Shown in pieces: positions 1 through 11,088 of a DNA stretch of 64,000 bases. This stretch comes from Octopus sinensis (lineage: Eukaryota), in NCBI RefSeq assembly GCF_006345805.1, contig NW_021832864.1, positions 33,265 through 97,264 of the forward strand. Reading direction: 5' to 3'. A model generated the notes under the pieces. It saw only the letters and a program-made list of their open reading frames with translations. It was not told the origin of the DNA and did no database searches. Numbering within the stretch: position 1 is the stretch's first letter; every line of letters starts with the position of its first letter. The position numbers and the translations under genes are program-made.

Positions 1-154
1 CGTTTTTTCCGAAACGAAATATATGCTTTAGCTCAGTTATTATAGATATGAACGTACGTACGTACGTATATAAGTTCCAAGTTCTAGGCCATAAGTGCAG
101 GAACGATATTTGCTTAGGGTGTGGAAACCTCGGTCCAAAAATTTTTTGCAAATA

Positions 155-325
155 GGCGCAGGAGTGGCTGTGTGGTAAATAGCTTGCTTACCAACCACAT
201 GGTTCAGGGTTCAGTCCCACTGCGTGGCATCTTGGGCAAGTGTCTTTTGCTATAGCCCCGGGCCGACCAATGCCATGTGAGTGGATTTGGTAGCGGAAAC
301 TGAAAGAGCCTGTCGTATATATGTA

Positions 326-359
<34 letters not shown>

Positions 360-622
360 TATATATATAATATATAATATATATTAATATATGTAATGTG
401 TTGTGTGTGTGTGTTTGTGTGTCTGTGTTTGTCCCCCTGCATTGCTTGACAACCGATGCTGGTGTGTTTACGTCCCCGTCACTTAGCGGTTCGGCAAAAG
501 AGACCGATAGATAGTATACTGGGCTTACAAAGAATAAGTCCCGGGGTCGATTTGCTCGACTAACCGGTGCTCCAGCATGGCCGCAGTCAAATGACTGAAA
601 CATTAAAAGAGTAAAAGAGTAA
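155..622 (+). mobile_element. tRNA-derived SINE, family A (internal microsatellite), full length
   Basis: Head GGCGCAGGAGTGGCTGTGTGGTAA...GGTTCAGTCCC (A/B-box-like), internal (TA)n/(TG)n tract, 3' tail ...GGCCGCAGTCAAATGACTGAAAC...AAAAGAG. Same head and tail recur many times in the window. Confidence 0.9.
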
Positions 623-730
623 AGGTCGTTTTTTTTTATCAATCTTAATATGTAAACAAACCACTATAATAATGATTATTATTAATAATTATATTTAAGG
701 CAATGAACTTAGCACGCCGGGCGAAGATTA

Positions 731-1505
731 GGCGGCGAGCTGGCAGAAACGTTAGCACGCCGGATGAATGCTTACGGTATTTCGTCTGTCGTTACGTTGT
801 GAGTTCAATTCCGCCGAGGTCAACTTTGCCTTTCATCCTTTCGGGGTCGATAAATTAAGTACCAGTTACGGCTCTGGGGTCGATAAATCGACTTAATACC
901 TATGTCTGTCCTTGTTTGTCCCCTCTATGTTTAGCCCCTGTGGGTATAAAGAAATAGGTATTTTGTCTGCCGTTACGTTCTGAGTTCAAATTCCACCGAG
1001 GTCAACTTTGCCTTCATCCTTTCGGGGTCGATAAATTAAGTACCAGTTACGCTCTGGGGTCGATATAATCGACTTAATACCTATGTCTGTCCTTGTTTGT
1101 CCCCTCTATTTTTAGCCCCTTGGGGTATAAATAAATAGGTATTTTGTCTGCCGTTACGTTCTGAGTTCAAATTCCACCGAGGTCGACTTTGCCTTTCATC
1201 CTTTCGGGGTCGATTGAATAAGTACCAGTTACGCACTGGGGTCGATATAATCGACTTAATCCATTTGTCTGTCCTTGTTTGTCCCCCTTATGTTTAGCCC
1301 CTTGTGGGTAGTAAAGAAATTGGTATTTTGTTTGCCGTTACGTTCTGAGTTCAAATTCCGTCGAGGTCGACTTTGCCTTTCATCCTTTCGGGGTCGATTA
1401 AATAAGTACCAGTTACGCACTGGGGTCGATATAATCGACTTAATCCGTTTGTCTGTCCTTGTTTGTCCCCTCTACGTTTAACCCTTTGTGGGCAATATAG
1501 AAATA
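731..1505 (+). mobile_element. SINE family B tetramer: one head plus four tandem ~180 bp body units
   Basis: Head GGCGGCGAGCTGGCAGAAACGTTAGC; units start at GGTATTT at 776, 957, 1138 and 1322, each with B-box-like GAGTTCAA(A)TTCC and ending GAAATA/AAATA. Confidence 0.9.
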
Positions 1506-1506
1506 A

Positions 1507-1716
1507 GAATCGTTAGCACGCCAGGTGAAATGATTATTCGTATTTCGTCTGTCTTTACATTCTGAGTTCAAGTTCGGACGGAGTTAACTTTGCTTTTCAT
1601 CCTGTCGGGGTCGATGAAATAAGTACTAGTCGAGCACTGGGGTCGATGTTATCGACCAGTCTCCTCCCCCGAAATTTCAGGCCTTGTGCTTATAATAGAA
1701 AGGATTATTATTATTA
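1507..1716 (+). mobile_element. Older family-B-related SINE (B') with a different 3' tail
   Basis: Same body core (...TTTCATCCT.TCGGGGTCGAT...) but tail ...AAATTTCAGGCCTTGTGC..TAATAGAAAGGATTATT. Related copies lie at about 5672-5846(-), 6158-6366(-), 25450-25620(-) and 54760-54930(+). Confidence 0.75.
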
Positions 1717-2888
1717 ATCAATCAATCACGTAAATTCAATAATGGAACAGTAATCTTTCAAAATAGTCAAAAAATGATTCTACGCTTGTTTGTTTTGGTG
1801 ATGAAATTTTTCAGGAGGTTGTTCAAAGTGTTTTCATTGCCCACCAAAATTTTTATGGGGTGCTCTTGTAACCCCTGCGTCCCTTGTTTCCGAGCTTATG
1901 TTCTAGGCCTCAATTTATCAGTTTAGTTACTAAAATGTAGACAGACACACACATTTTGAAGTAAAAAGCCTTAGGCTAATATATTTTTTAGGCACAGGCA
2001 TGTCCGTGTGGTTAAAGATCTTGCTTTGCGATCATATGTTTTCGGATTCTGTCCCACTGCGTGGAACTTTTGGCAAGTGTCTTCAACTATATCTCCGGGC
2101 TTTGCTTCAGTAAATCTGAATATCGTACGGCCATCCGTCTTTTGTGCCATCAGGCATGGTTACAGCTGACTTGTATGTGTGCATGTAAAATGATAGTCCT
2201 TTGGCAAGACATTAAACTGCATCCAGTGGTGAGGCTCCAGCTTGGGAGTGCAGGAGATTTGAGGACATTTTAAGAATACGTCTTAGTCACTTCTACTTCC
2301 AGATCAGCTGCGGTTCGGGGTGGTTGCACTCGTCGAGTATCCAAGTTGTGTGTCAAATAACAGAAGATGGTTCTGTGACTAAGACATAGGGGACTCGGAG
2401 AAAGGGTGGTCCCTAAACATGGGACACACAGGGAAACTGCTTTGTGGACATACCCTGATATGTCAAGCAGACCCTGCTGAAGGGTTAAATGGGCGCTGGC
2501 TGAGTGTGTGTGTGTGTGGGGGGGGCTGGTGTTTGGGTGTGTACGTGTGTGTGTGTGCGTGTGAGTGCTTGCGTGCGTGCGTGTGTGTGTATGTGTGTGT
2601 GTGTGCGTGTTTCCTATAAGCACATGTGATTGTATATATATGCTCAATTCTGGAACCTCAAATGGGGAATCTGAAATTTTTTCACAAATTTTCTTGGTAA
2701 CCACTAATCGACTTTATTTGGTGGGTGTGAACCAGTTTGTTTTATTCTTTCCTGAAGGATGCCATCATTTCTAAGTTTTTATACAAATCTATTGTTACAC
2801 GGCACGCTTCACCTATAATAACAGGTATAAACGAAAATTTAAACTCTGAATATAAGAGCTGTAAATTTCTCAAAATAGTCCTCTATAG

Positions 2889-2924
<36 letters not shown>

Positions 2925-3059
2925 AGAGAGGAAAGAAAGAAAGATAGAGAGAGAGAGAGGAGAAAGGCCATTGGTATTAATATTCCTTGTGCGGCCAACA
3001 ATTTTCTCCCTATTAACTATCAAATACAATTACTTATCTTGACCAAAACTCTATTTCTA

Positions 3060-3500
3060 CTACCTCCTGAGAATGTTATGATCAGTTCTTACTTCGGCGC
3101 TCATTTAGAAACGCATCTCCAAGAAAATGAAATGCAATGAAGAAAATAGTTACGAAAATTGAAAATATATACAAAATAAATGATGAATTACTTCTTGAAT
3201 ACAGCTGAAAGTCGTCAGCGAAACATCGTGGGTGACATATTTCTATTTTCTCTTCTACCGATTGTGTCTTGTAGCCTTTGTATTTATTTAATAGAGTCGA
3301 CAAGGGATTCATTGCTAGGACAAAAGACATTACGGTTGAGCTGTCATCCAGGAAGTGTCCTGTTGAGAATCAAATTCTGTTAAGTATTGTACTAGTAGTT
3401 TCGGTGCGTACCATTTGCTCCGTTGACTAATGTTTTGTCAGTCTCTTAAATAGCATCGACAACAGCTGTTGGAAACTTGGCAGGGCATATCGTCTTTAGT
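3060..3500 (-). mobile_element. R4/Dong/R2-group non-LTR retrotransposon, decayed RT fragment
   Basis: Minus translation ...GHFLDDSSTVMSFVLAMNPLSTLLNKYKGYK...ICHPRCFADDFQLY resembles the RT motifs G(IF)QGDSLS..FVLA.NPL and (Y/F)xDD of REL-type LINEs. Confidence 0.7.
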
Positions 3501-3762
3501 ATCTACAAGGGCAAGTGAAACACTTTTCATCCTTTAGCACTACACGCATGTGTGTGTGTGTGTGGTGTATATATATATATGTATATGTATACATATATAT
3601 ATATAATATATATATATATGTATGTATATAGTTTTATATATATATATATATATATATTTATACATATATATATATATATATCATATATATATATACTTTC
3701 TATTTGTTCTACAATACATGTCAACGCTCCGGCCGTTTATATATATAATATATACGTGGTGT

Positions 3763-3812
<50 letters not shown>

Positions 3813-4081
3813 ATCTTTTATCATTTATTTGTTTCAGTCATTGGACTGTGGCCATGCTGGGGTACTACCTTTTAATCTTTGTCGAATGAATCGACCCCGG
3901 TACTTATTTTTTTAAAAGTCTGATATAATTTCAACTTGTTTCAGTCATTGGACTGCGTTCATGCTGGGGCACCCCCTTGAAGGCTTAGTTGACCAAATCG
4001 ACCCCAGTCCTTATTTAAAAAAAAAAATTCAGTCAGGTACTTATTCTATCAATCTCGTGATGATTTGGAAAGAGCTTTTTA

Positions 4082-4082
4082 G

Positions 4083-4143
<61 letters not shown>

Positions 4144-4379
4144 TAATAATAATAATAATATCCTACGCAAAATACTTTCTATGTAATCTCAAGGTTTAAA
4201 ACAAACATAATTTTCGGTTTTTTGTTTTAGACATTCACTAGTACAACACCAAAAAACCCCCCAAATATATGGCACACTAGGCATAACAACAACATGAACT
4301 TCCAACCTGTTGTCTCTTGAGGTCTCTGGGTGAGACTTGGAGCCAACTTGTACAAATATAAAGCAAAAGTCAAACATAA

Positions 4380-4464
<85 letters not shown>

Positions 4465-4510
4465 TAATATTAATAATAATAAAATAATAATAATAAAATA
4501 ATAATAATCG
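4082..4510. repeat. (AAT)n microsatellite split by a retroelement 3' end
   Basis: Near-pure AAT runs at 4082-4160 and 4380-4510. Confidence 0.95.
4160..4377 (+). mobile_element. 5'-truncated Dong/R4-type element (last codons plus 3' UTR) inserted in (TAA)n
   Basis: Starts ATC CTA CGC AAA ATA CTT TCT ATG TAA (ILRKILSM*), like the ...ILRK.L C-terminus of R4/Dong ORFs; about 190 bp UTR; (TAA)n on both sides. Confidence 0.55.
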
Positions 4511-4601
4511 GTAGCATGTAGACTGATGTTAAACGATAATAATGATGATGATGATGATGATGATATATATATATGTACTCGTATTTTTGTACACGTTTAT
4601 G

Positions 4602-4640
<39 letters not shown>

Positions 4641-6481
4641 GTATAGATAAGTGTCGTGAGATTGAAACTGTTGTGTTGTTAGAGAGGTGGTTGTGATGCA
4701 TTGCCTTGTCGTTGTTTGACCCTGGGCCATCCCTTTATTGCTCCCAACTGGTTTCTACGTAACCTAATTTTTCTTTCCTTTTGGAGGTGCTAGTTGTGCT
4801 TTTGATATTTTTGTTGCTATTTTCGTCATTGTGGTTGGTGTGAAAAGGGAGCGATGGTTGTGATGATGATGATGATGGTGGCGATGGCGGTTGTAACACG
4901 TCTGGTAAATGTGGAGTAGTGTTAGTAGAGTTTCAATGGTGGTAGTGGCGGCGGCAGGGAAATGGTGGTGGTGTTGAAAAATTTGTTTGGAACATATTTA
5001 TTCCCCAACACCCGCCCTTTTTTTTTCTTTTTTTTTTATCTGACTGACAAATCCATATTGTATTGTCATTATCAACTGACCTTGCTTGACCTCGCAGTGA
5101 CTTCACCAGCTAACCGTATTTTGATGACCTCACCTGGTGAACTCACCTGAGAGTGAATAAAAAAAGAATGGCACTTGATGAAAAGGGCTGCTGGATATTA
5201 CTTCCCTCTCTCGTATCACCCCCACTCTCTCTCTATCGTCCACTCGCATTGTCTTTTGTCAAACACGAAACTACATTTAAGGTAGCGTACTACACCCCGG
5301 AAGAATATTAGATTATTCATTAACAAGGTTATTTATGTATTTATTTATTTATTTATTTTACCTTTCCTACACGCTTTGATGACCTGGTTGTAGTTTGAGT
5401 CGGTGAGTATATTCACGTGAGTTTATGGTGTATGCGGGTGCGTGTCTGTCTGCATGTATGAATACGTGTTGTGTATATTCTCCATCGATATTCCATTTAC
5501 ATATGCACTAGGTAGACAGACAGATAAGCAGACACACAGACAGACAAACAGACAGACAGATAGATTGACGGATAGCTAGCTACATGCATGTACACTTGAG
5601 CTAAATATGCACACATACTTACACTACTACTACTACTACTAGTAGTAGTAGTAGTAGTAGTAATAATAATAGTAATCCCTTCTATTAAGGCCTGAAATTG
5701 GGTGGGAGAGGACTAGTCGATGACATCGACCCCCAGTGTTTCACTGGTACTTAATTTATCGACCCCGAAAGGATGGAAGGCAAAGTCGACCTCGGCGGAA
5801 TTTGAACTCAGAACGTAGCGACGAGTGAAATACCGCTAAGCATTTCGAAATAATAAATTCTTTGTGATTTGAATAATTCACTTCTGGAAACATGGGTGTT
5901 TCGTTCAACATCCTTAACAACCCTCATTCAGGGACCTTTTAGAGCATGATGGGCTACTCGACCTGAAGAAAATTCTATCTGGTCCCCACCTGCAAGGCCA
6001 TACGCTGTTTATCTTGATATGAGACGACCATGTCGCACGCATGGTTGTGATGCATGCGCCTGGTGTATCATTATCAGACGGGTAGTCATGATGGGTATAC
6101 TGGGTTTCGAATATTTGTACCCCAGTGTTCTCTCAATAATAACAATGATAATCCTTTCTACCAACAGGTATAAGGCCTGGAATTTGTGAGGAGAGGATAG
6201 TCGATCGCATCGACCACCAGTACGTAGGTAGTGCTTATTGCATCGACCCCGAAAGGATGTAAGACACAGTCAACCTCGGCGGAATTTGAACTCACAACGT
6301 AAAGACGGACAAAGTGCCACTAAGCATTCTACTCGGCGTGCTAACGATTCTGCCGGCTCGCCGCCTTAATAATAATAATAATAATAATGATAATAATAAT
6401 AATAATAATAATGATAATAATAATAATAATAATAATATGATAATGATAATGATAATGATAATGATGATGATGATGATGATG

Positions 6482-6533
<52 letters not shown>

Positions 6534-6994
6534 TAATGGTTTCTTAATCATCATCATAATAATAATGGTTTCTTAATTATGACAAGGGCAGCAATATCGA
6601 ACCCAGTAATTGAATGATACTTTATTTTATCGATTTCGAGTGTGTACAAAACGATTTCGTCGCTTGACTCGCAAATGGATGGAACTAGTTGACAGCACTT
6701 CCATGGCATTCGAGTTTTACTGGGATTGGTAGCACTTCCAAATTAAAATAAATCCCCGGTTCAAGGAGAGTAGTGAGGCAGTGATCGCAATGGACTCGGT
6801 TCATTATCGGATCCAACTTGCATGCGGGAGCTGCAGTTGGACATAACTCCACAAATCAGTAATACTCGAACACTGAATGAAGTGTATACAGAACGATTCT
6901 GGGACTAGTAACACTTCCAAATTTCTGGTAGTTAACCGTAATAATTCACAGTCCAGATATCCGCTTGGAAAAGTTGATAAAGTAATTGCTACGC

Positions 6995-7039
<45 letters not shown>

Positions 7040-7043
<4 letters not shown>

Positions 7044-7460
7044 GTTGTTGTTGTTGTTGCTGTTGCCGGGTTCCAACTCGGGCTACAGCAACAAGGTCCA
7101 CTCGCCACACTTCTTGGTCCATCATCACTGCCTCGAGGTCCTGGATGCATTTCAGGACAGCATCTGCTATGAAGTTGTCACATCGACAACTTGCATCAAG
7201 TGTGACGAGGCTTTCCTCTTCTTACACCACCATGAAGTAGGTTCTACCAGACTAATTTTGATACTTCCAGTTCAGGGTGGCGCACGCAGTGACCAGATAG
7301 TCGCAGCCGTCTTTGCCTGATCTTTTGTTTTAACTTTTCGACAGGTCTCCATAAAGTCATTCATTTGTCATGTGTTGCTGCCATTTCACATTTTGGGCCA
7401 TTCGTAGCATCCTCGAGTAGCATCCATTTAACCCGCTTGTATCCCTCTCCAAAAGATTGT
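7040..7460 (-). mobile_element. RTE-clade LINE 3' fragment with (CAA)n/(AAT)n tail
   Basis: Minus frames GLNGCYSRMLRMAQNVKWQQHMTNE*LYGDL, RQRRLRLSGHCVRHPELEVSKLVW*NLLHGGVRRGKPR and DLEAVMMDQEVWRV are typical of the RTE C-terminus; followed by a simple-repeat tail. Confidence 0.8.
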
Positions 7461-7745
7461 CATGGAAAAGCAACAACTTTCGAGCATTCATTATAATTTT
7501 AATATCGGAATTATTAATGTTAATGAATGAAGTTCCAAATGTTGACGCTTTTAGGAATAATGGCTTTGGACTGGAAGGATATAATTCAACAACTTCGAAT
7601 TGAATGTATTTGCTGTTACGTTTATCCCTAGGCAACCACTCCATAACCAACGTGTTATTTTATTTCGGTAAACCGGAGGCTTGTTTAATTTTAGAGTTTT
7701 TGGTACCTTAATTAAATTTATTAAATTTACATAATTTTGTCTCAT
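7460..7745 (-). mobile_element. Penelope-like element RT fragment
   Basis: VMEWLPRDKRNSKYIQFEVVELYPSSPKPLFLKASTF...DIKIIMNARKLLLFH resembles the PLE RT segment W...FIQFDIVEFYPSI...LL.KAL.FA...IIM.ARK.LLF. Confidence 0.7.
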
Positions 7746-7906
7746 TTTATCATAAATATCATCTCACCTTACAAATTATTTCGTGATCAGCGACGTACGA
7801 GGAATAATAGAGAATGATCATCAAAAGTATTTTCCCTCTTCTTATCTATCGAGAACTTTTTTCTACTTCTAAGATCAAACGTTCACACGCATATGCAAGC
7901 ACACAT

Positions 7907-7971
<65 letters not shown>

Positions 7972-8199
7972 AATATACACTTACACAAAATACACATACA
8001 CATACACTAACATACACTAGAATGAAACTAGTATAGTTTCATTCTTCGCTCCACAAATATGGCGCACGAATACCACTTTTGTTTTAGTTGCCGTCCAATA
8101 TATACCTGTTGCATAATGTCATTAGACGCAATTTTACATGTACTTTATACTGATCTGTGTGTATATATATATATATATATATGTATATATGCATAGATA

Positions 8200-8396
8200 C
8201 TCTTGTATTCTTGTATTTGTTTAAGTCATTTCACTGCGGCCATGTTGGAGCAGCGCCTTTAGTCGAAAAATTCGACTCTAGGACTTATTCTTTGTAAGCC
8301 TAATACTTATTCTATCGGTTTCTTTTGCCGAACCGCTAAGTTACGGGGACGTAAACACAACATCGGTTGTCAAGCGATGACGGGGGAACAAGCACA

Positions 8397-8466
<70 letters not shown>

Positions 8467-8628
8467 ATGGGTTTCTTTCAGTTTCCGTCTACTAAATCCA
8501 CTCATAAGGCTTTGGTCGGCCCGAGGCTATAGTAGAAGACGCATGCTCAAGGTGCCACGCAGTGGGACTGAAGTTGGAAACATGCGATTGGTAAGCAAGC
8601 TATTTACCACATAGCCACTCCTGCGCCT
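8200..8628 (-). mobile_element. SINE family A, full length, internal (CA)n
   Basis: Reverse complement of the head and tail seen at 155-622. Confidence 0.9.
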
Positions 8629-8841
8629 ATAATATATATGTACGTATATATATATATATATGAGTTGAGGACATTTACCCCACCATGGAAGTAACCGCAC
8701 AAGGATAAATTGCCCCTGAGTACAAATCTTCTTAAGATATTGGAGAGGGGGTAATTAGCCAAGGCGGGCAATTGTCCTAGGTAGTAGTTGTCGTCGGGGG
8801 GAATTGTACTATGGGGGGGGGGGGTAATTGTCTTGATACGA

Positions 8842-8876
<35 letters not shown>

Positions 8877-8882
8877 CCTCTC

Positions 8883-8933
<51 letters not shown>

Positions 8934-9515
8934 ATATAATATATATATATATATACATATACATATATCGGTACTGCAGCATGGCTGCAGTCAAATGACT
9001 GAAAAGAGTGAAAGAGAAAAATATATGTAGATATATATATATATATATACGTACACACACATGCCTGCAAACATATATACATATAAACACACATAATATT
9101 TCACTGTACCCTGGTGTCTATATTGGCGATAGAAGATACAAAGTACAATGGAATATCTCCAACTTTTCATGCACCACTCTGACCCTTCTTAATCGTACAA
9201 CCTCACCTATTACAGTGTCCTTCATCCGCAGCCTCACCACACTGATGCAGCTCATCATCGTATATTTCTAACCAGATATCTGTGATTTATGATGTTTCCT
9301 AATCTATCCTTTTCTCTCTTCTTTCATCAGGTGATTTGATTGATTGACTGACTGAAATGATCGATCGATTGATCGATCGGTCAAACCATAAATCCACAGA
9401 AAGCCATGTAGAAAGAATTTAAAAGGAATCTCTCACCAGGATCGAACACCCCTATATTTCAAACACTGCTGTCTGAACGAAACAAGTGAACAGACCACAA
9501 TTGACAGAAGCCAAC

Positions 9516-9564
9516 ATGACATCAGCAACCTGTTCAGTAGTTTTTGTTGTTTGTATCTTACAAT
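9516..9564 (+). CDS. Predicted coding exon 1 (signal peptide MTSATCSVVFVVCILQ) of the transmembrane mucin-like gene
   Basis: CCAACATGA start context (A at -3), 16 codons + 1 nt, consensus donor GTAAGT at 9565. Phase 1 matches the acceptor at 11088, giving MTSATCSVVFVVCILQCVTS-MGSQ. Confidence 0.75.
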
Positions 9565-9633
9565 GTAAGTACTTTGCACAGACTCTGTGACTTTTTATTA
9601 TGGTATTTCGTTCTGTTTTATATCTCTCTGTGT

Positions 9634-10003
9634 GGAGGCACCAATGGCCCAGTGGTTAGGGCAGCGGACGCGCGGTCGTAGGATCGCGGTTTCGATTCCC
9701 AGACCGGGCTTTGTGAGTGTTTATTGAGCGAAAAAGCCTAAAGCTCCACGAGGCTTCTGCAGTGGGTGGTGGCGAAACCTGCTGTACTCTTTCACCGCAA
9801 CTTTCTCTCACTCTATCTTCCTGTTTCTGTTGTACCTGTATTTCAAAGGGCCAGCCTTGTCACACTCTGTGTCACGCTGAATCTCCCCCGGGAACTACGT
9901 TGTGGGTACACGTGTGTGTGGACTGCTCAGTTGATTTCACGAGCGGGCTGTTTCGTTGATCGGATCAACTGGAACCCTCGTCGTCGTAACCGACGGAGTG
10001 CCA
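9634..10003 (+). mobile_element. tRNA-derived SINE family C, intronic, with 12 bp TSD
   Basis: Head GGAGGCACCAATGGCCCAGTGGTTAGG...GGTTTCGATTCCC; ATATCTCTCTGT at 9620-9631 and 10008-10019; same head at 47983. Confidence 0.85.
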
Positions 10004-10549
10004 TTTGATATCTCTCTGTTCTCATATATATCTGCCACTCTCTTTCGTTTCTCCTTGCTTTGAAGTATACTGTGTTTTTAAACACTATACGTCTTTTAGG
10101 GGGTCTCCCCTGGACGAAGTACTGCAGCTTCACAGCGTTTAACGACGCGCATACATCAAGTATGTCATTTTGATAATGTTTATATTATTTAAGCTGCTTC
10201 TGATGCAAATTCTAATATATATATCATACACAAATACACACACACACACACAAGTCTCTGTTCTCTTTCTTTATCTGTTTCTGATCAAATTACATCTTTT
10301 AGTCTTTGTGTTAACAACTGCTATATATTGAAATATTGCATGCATAAATGAATAGCTATCATTAGTTCAACAGCAGACGGTAGAATGAATAATCACCGAA
10401 ATCTTTAGATGTCCCGCATAGCAAATATGCTGTTTTCTTTACAGACAAACACGTAGGCACACACGCAACCTGCACGCACACACGTGCGTGCGTACGCGCG
10501 CTCACAAGTACATACAAACGTCTGAAGAGAGCCGATATTATTGAAAAAA

Positions 10550-10982
10550 GGCGGGGAGCTGGCAGACACGTTAGCGCGTCAGACGAAATGCTTAACGGGC
10601 GAAATGCTTAGCGGTATTTCGGCTGCCGTTACGTTGTGAGTTCAAATTCCGCCGAGGTCGACTTTGCCTTTCATCCTTTCGGGGTCGATAAATTAAGTAC
10701 CAGTTACGCACTGGGGTCGATGTAATCGACTTAATACCTATGTCTGTCCTTGTTTGTGCCGTCTGTGTTTAGCCCCTTGTGGGTAATAAAGAAATAGGTA
10801 TTTCATCTGTCGCTGCGTTCTGGGTTCAAATTCCACCGAGGTCGACTTTGCCTTTCATCCTTTCGGGGTCGATTAAATAAGTACCAGTTATGCACTGGGG
10901 TCGATATAATCAACTTAATCCGTTTGTCTGTCCTTGTTTGTCCTCTCTGTGTTTAGCCCCTTGTGGGTAGTAAAGAAATAGG
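10550..10982 (+). mobile_element. SINE family B dimer, intronic, 14 bp TSD
   Basis: Units start at 10613 and 10797; TATTATTGAAAAAA at 10536-10549 and 10983-10996. Confidence 0.9.
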
Positions 10983-11088
10983 TATTATTGAAAAAATCGA
11001 ATTTAGTTTTCTACCAAATTTAATTGGTCCTTCAAGATGCGTACCTGTTGTATTCATATCATATTTTCTCTTGTGTCTTTTGTTGCAG

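Noticed and set aside
155-240. SINE heads (families A-D) as genuine tRNA genes
   Set aside because: A/B boxes are present but no complete cloverleaf is evident, and each continues into a shared SINE body.
731-1505. Tandem ~180 bp units as a CRISPR array or ribozyme-bearing retrozyme
   Set aside because: Units are repeated in full with no unique spacers, no cas genes are present, and I found no C(U/C)GANGA...GAAA core on either strand of the unit.
6060-6115. Possible type II hammerhead on the minus strand (GAAA CCCAG TA ... CTGATAA)
   Set aside because: The intervening sequence cannot form stem I and the core lacks G8.
11037-11088. ORF-track start MRTCCIHIIFSLVSFVAG as the signal peptide
   Set aside because: It overlaps a polypyrimidine tract and TTGCAG acceptor, and a phase-matched upstream exon with its own signal peptide exists. 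Kept only as a possible minor isoform.
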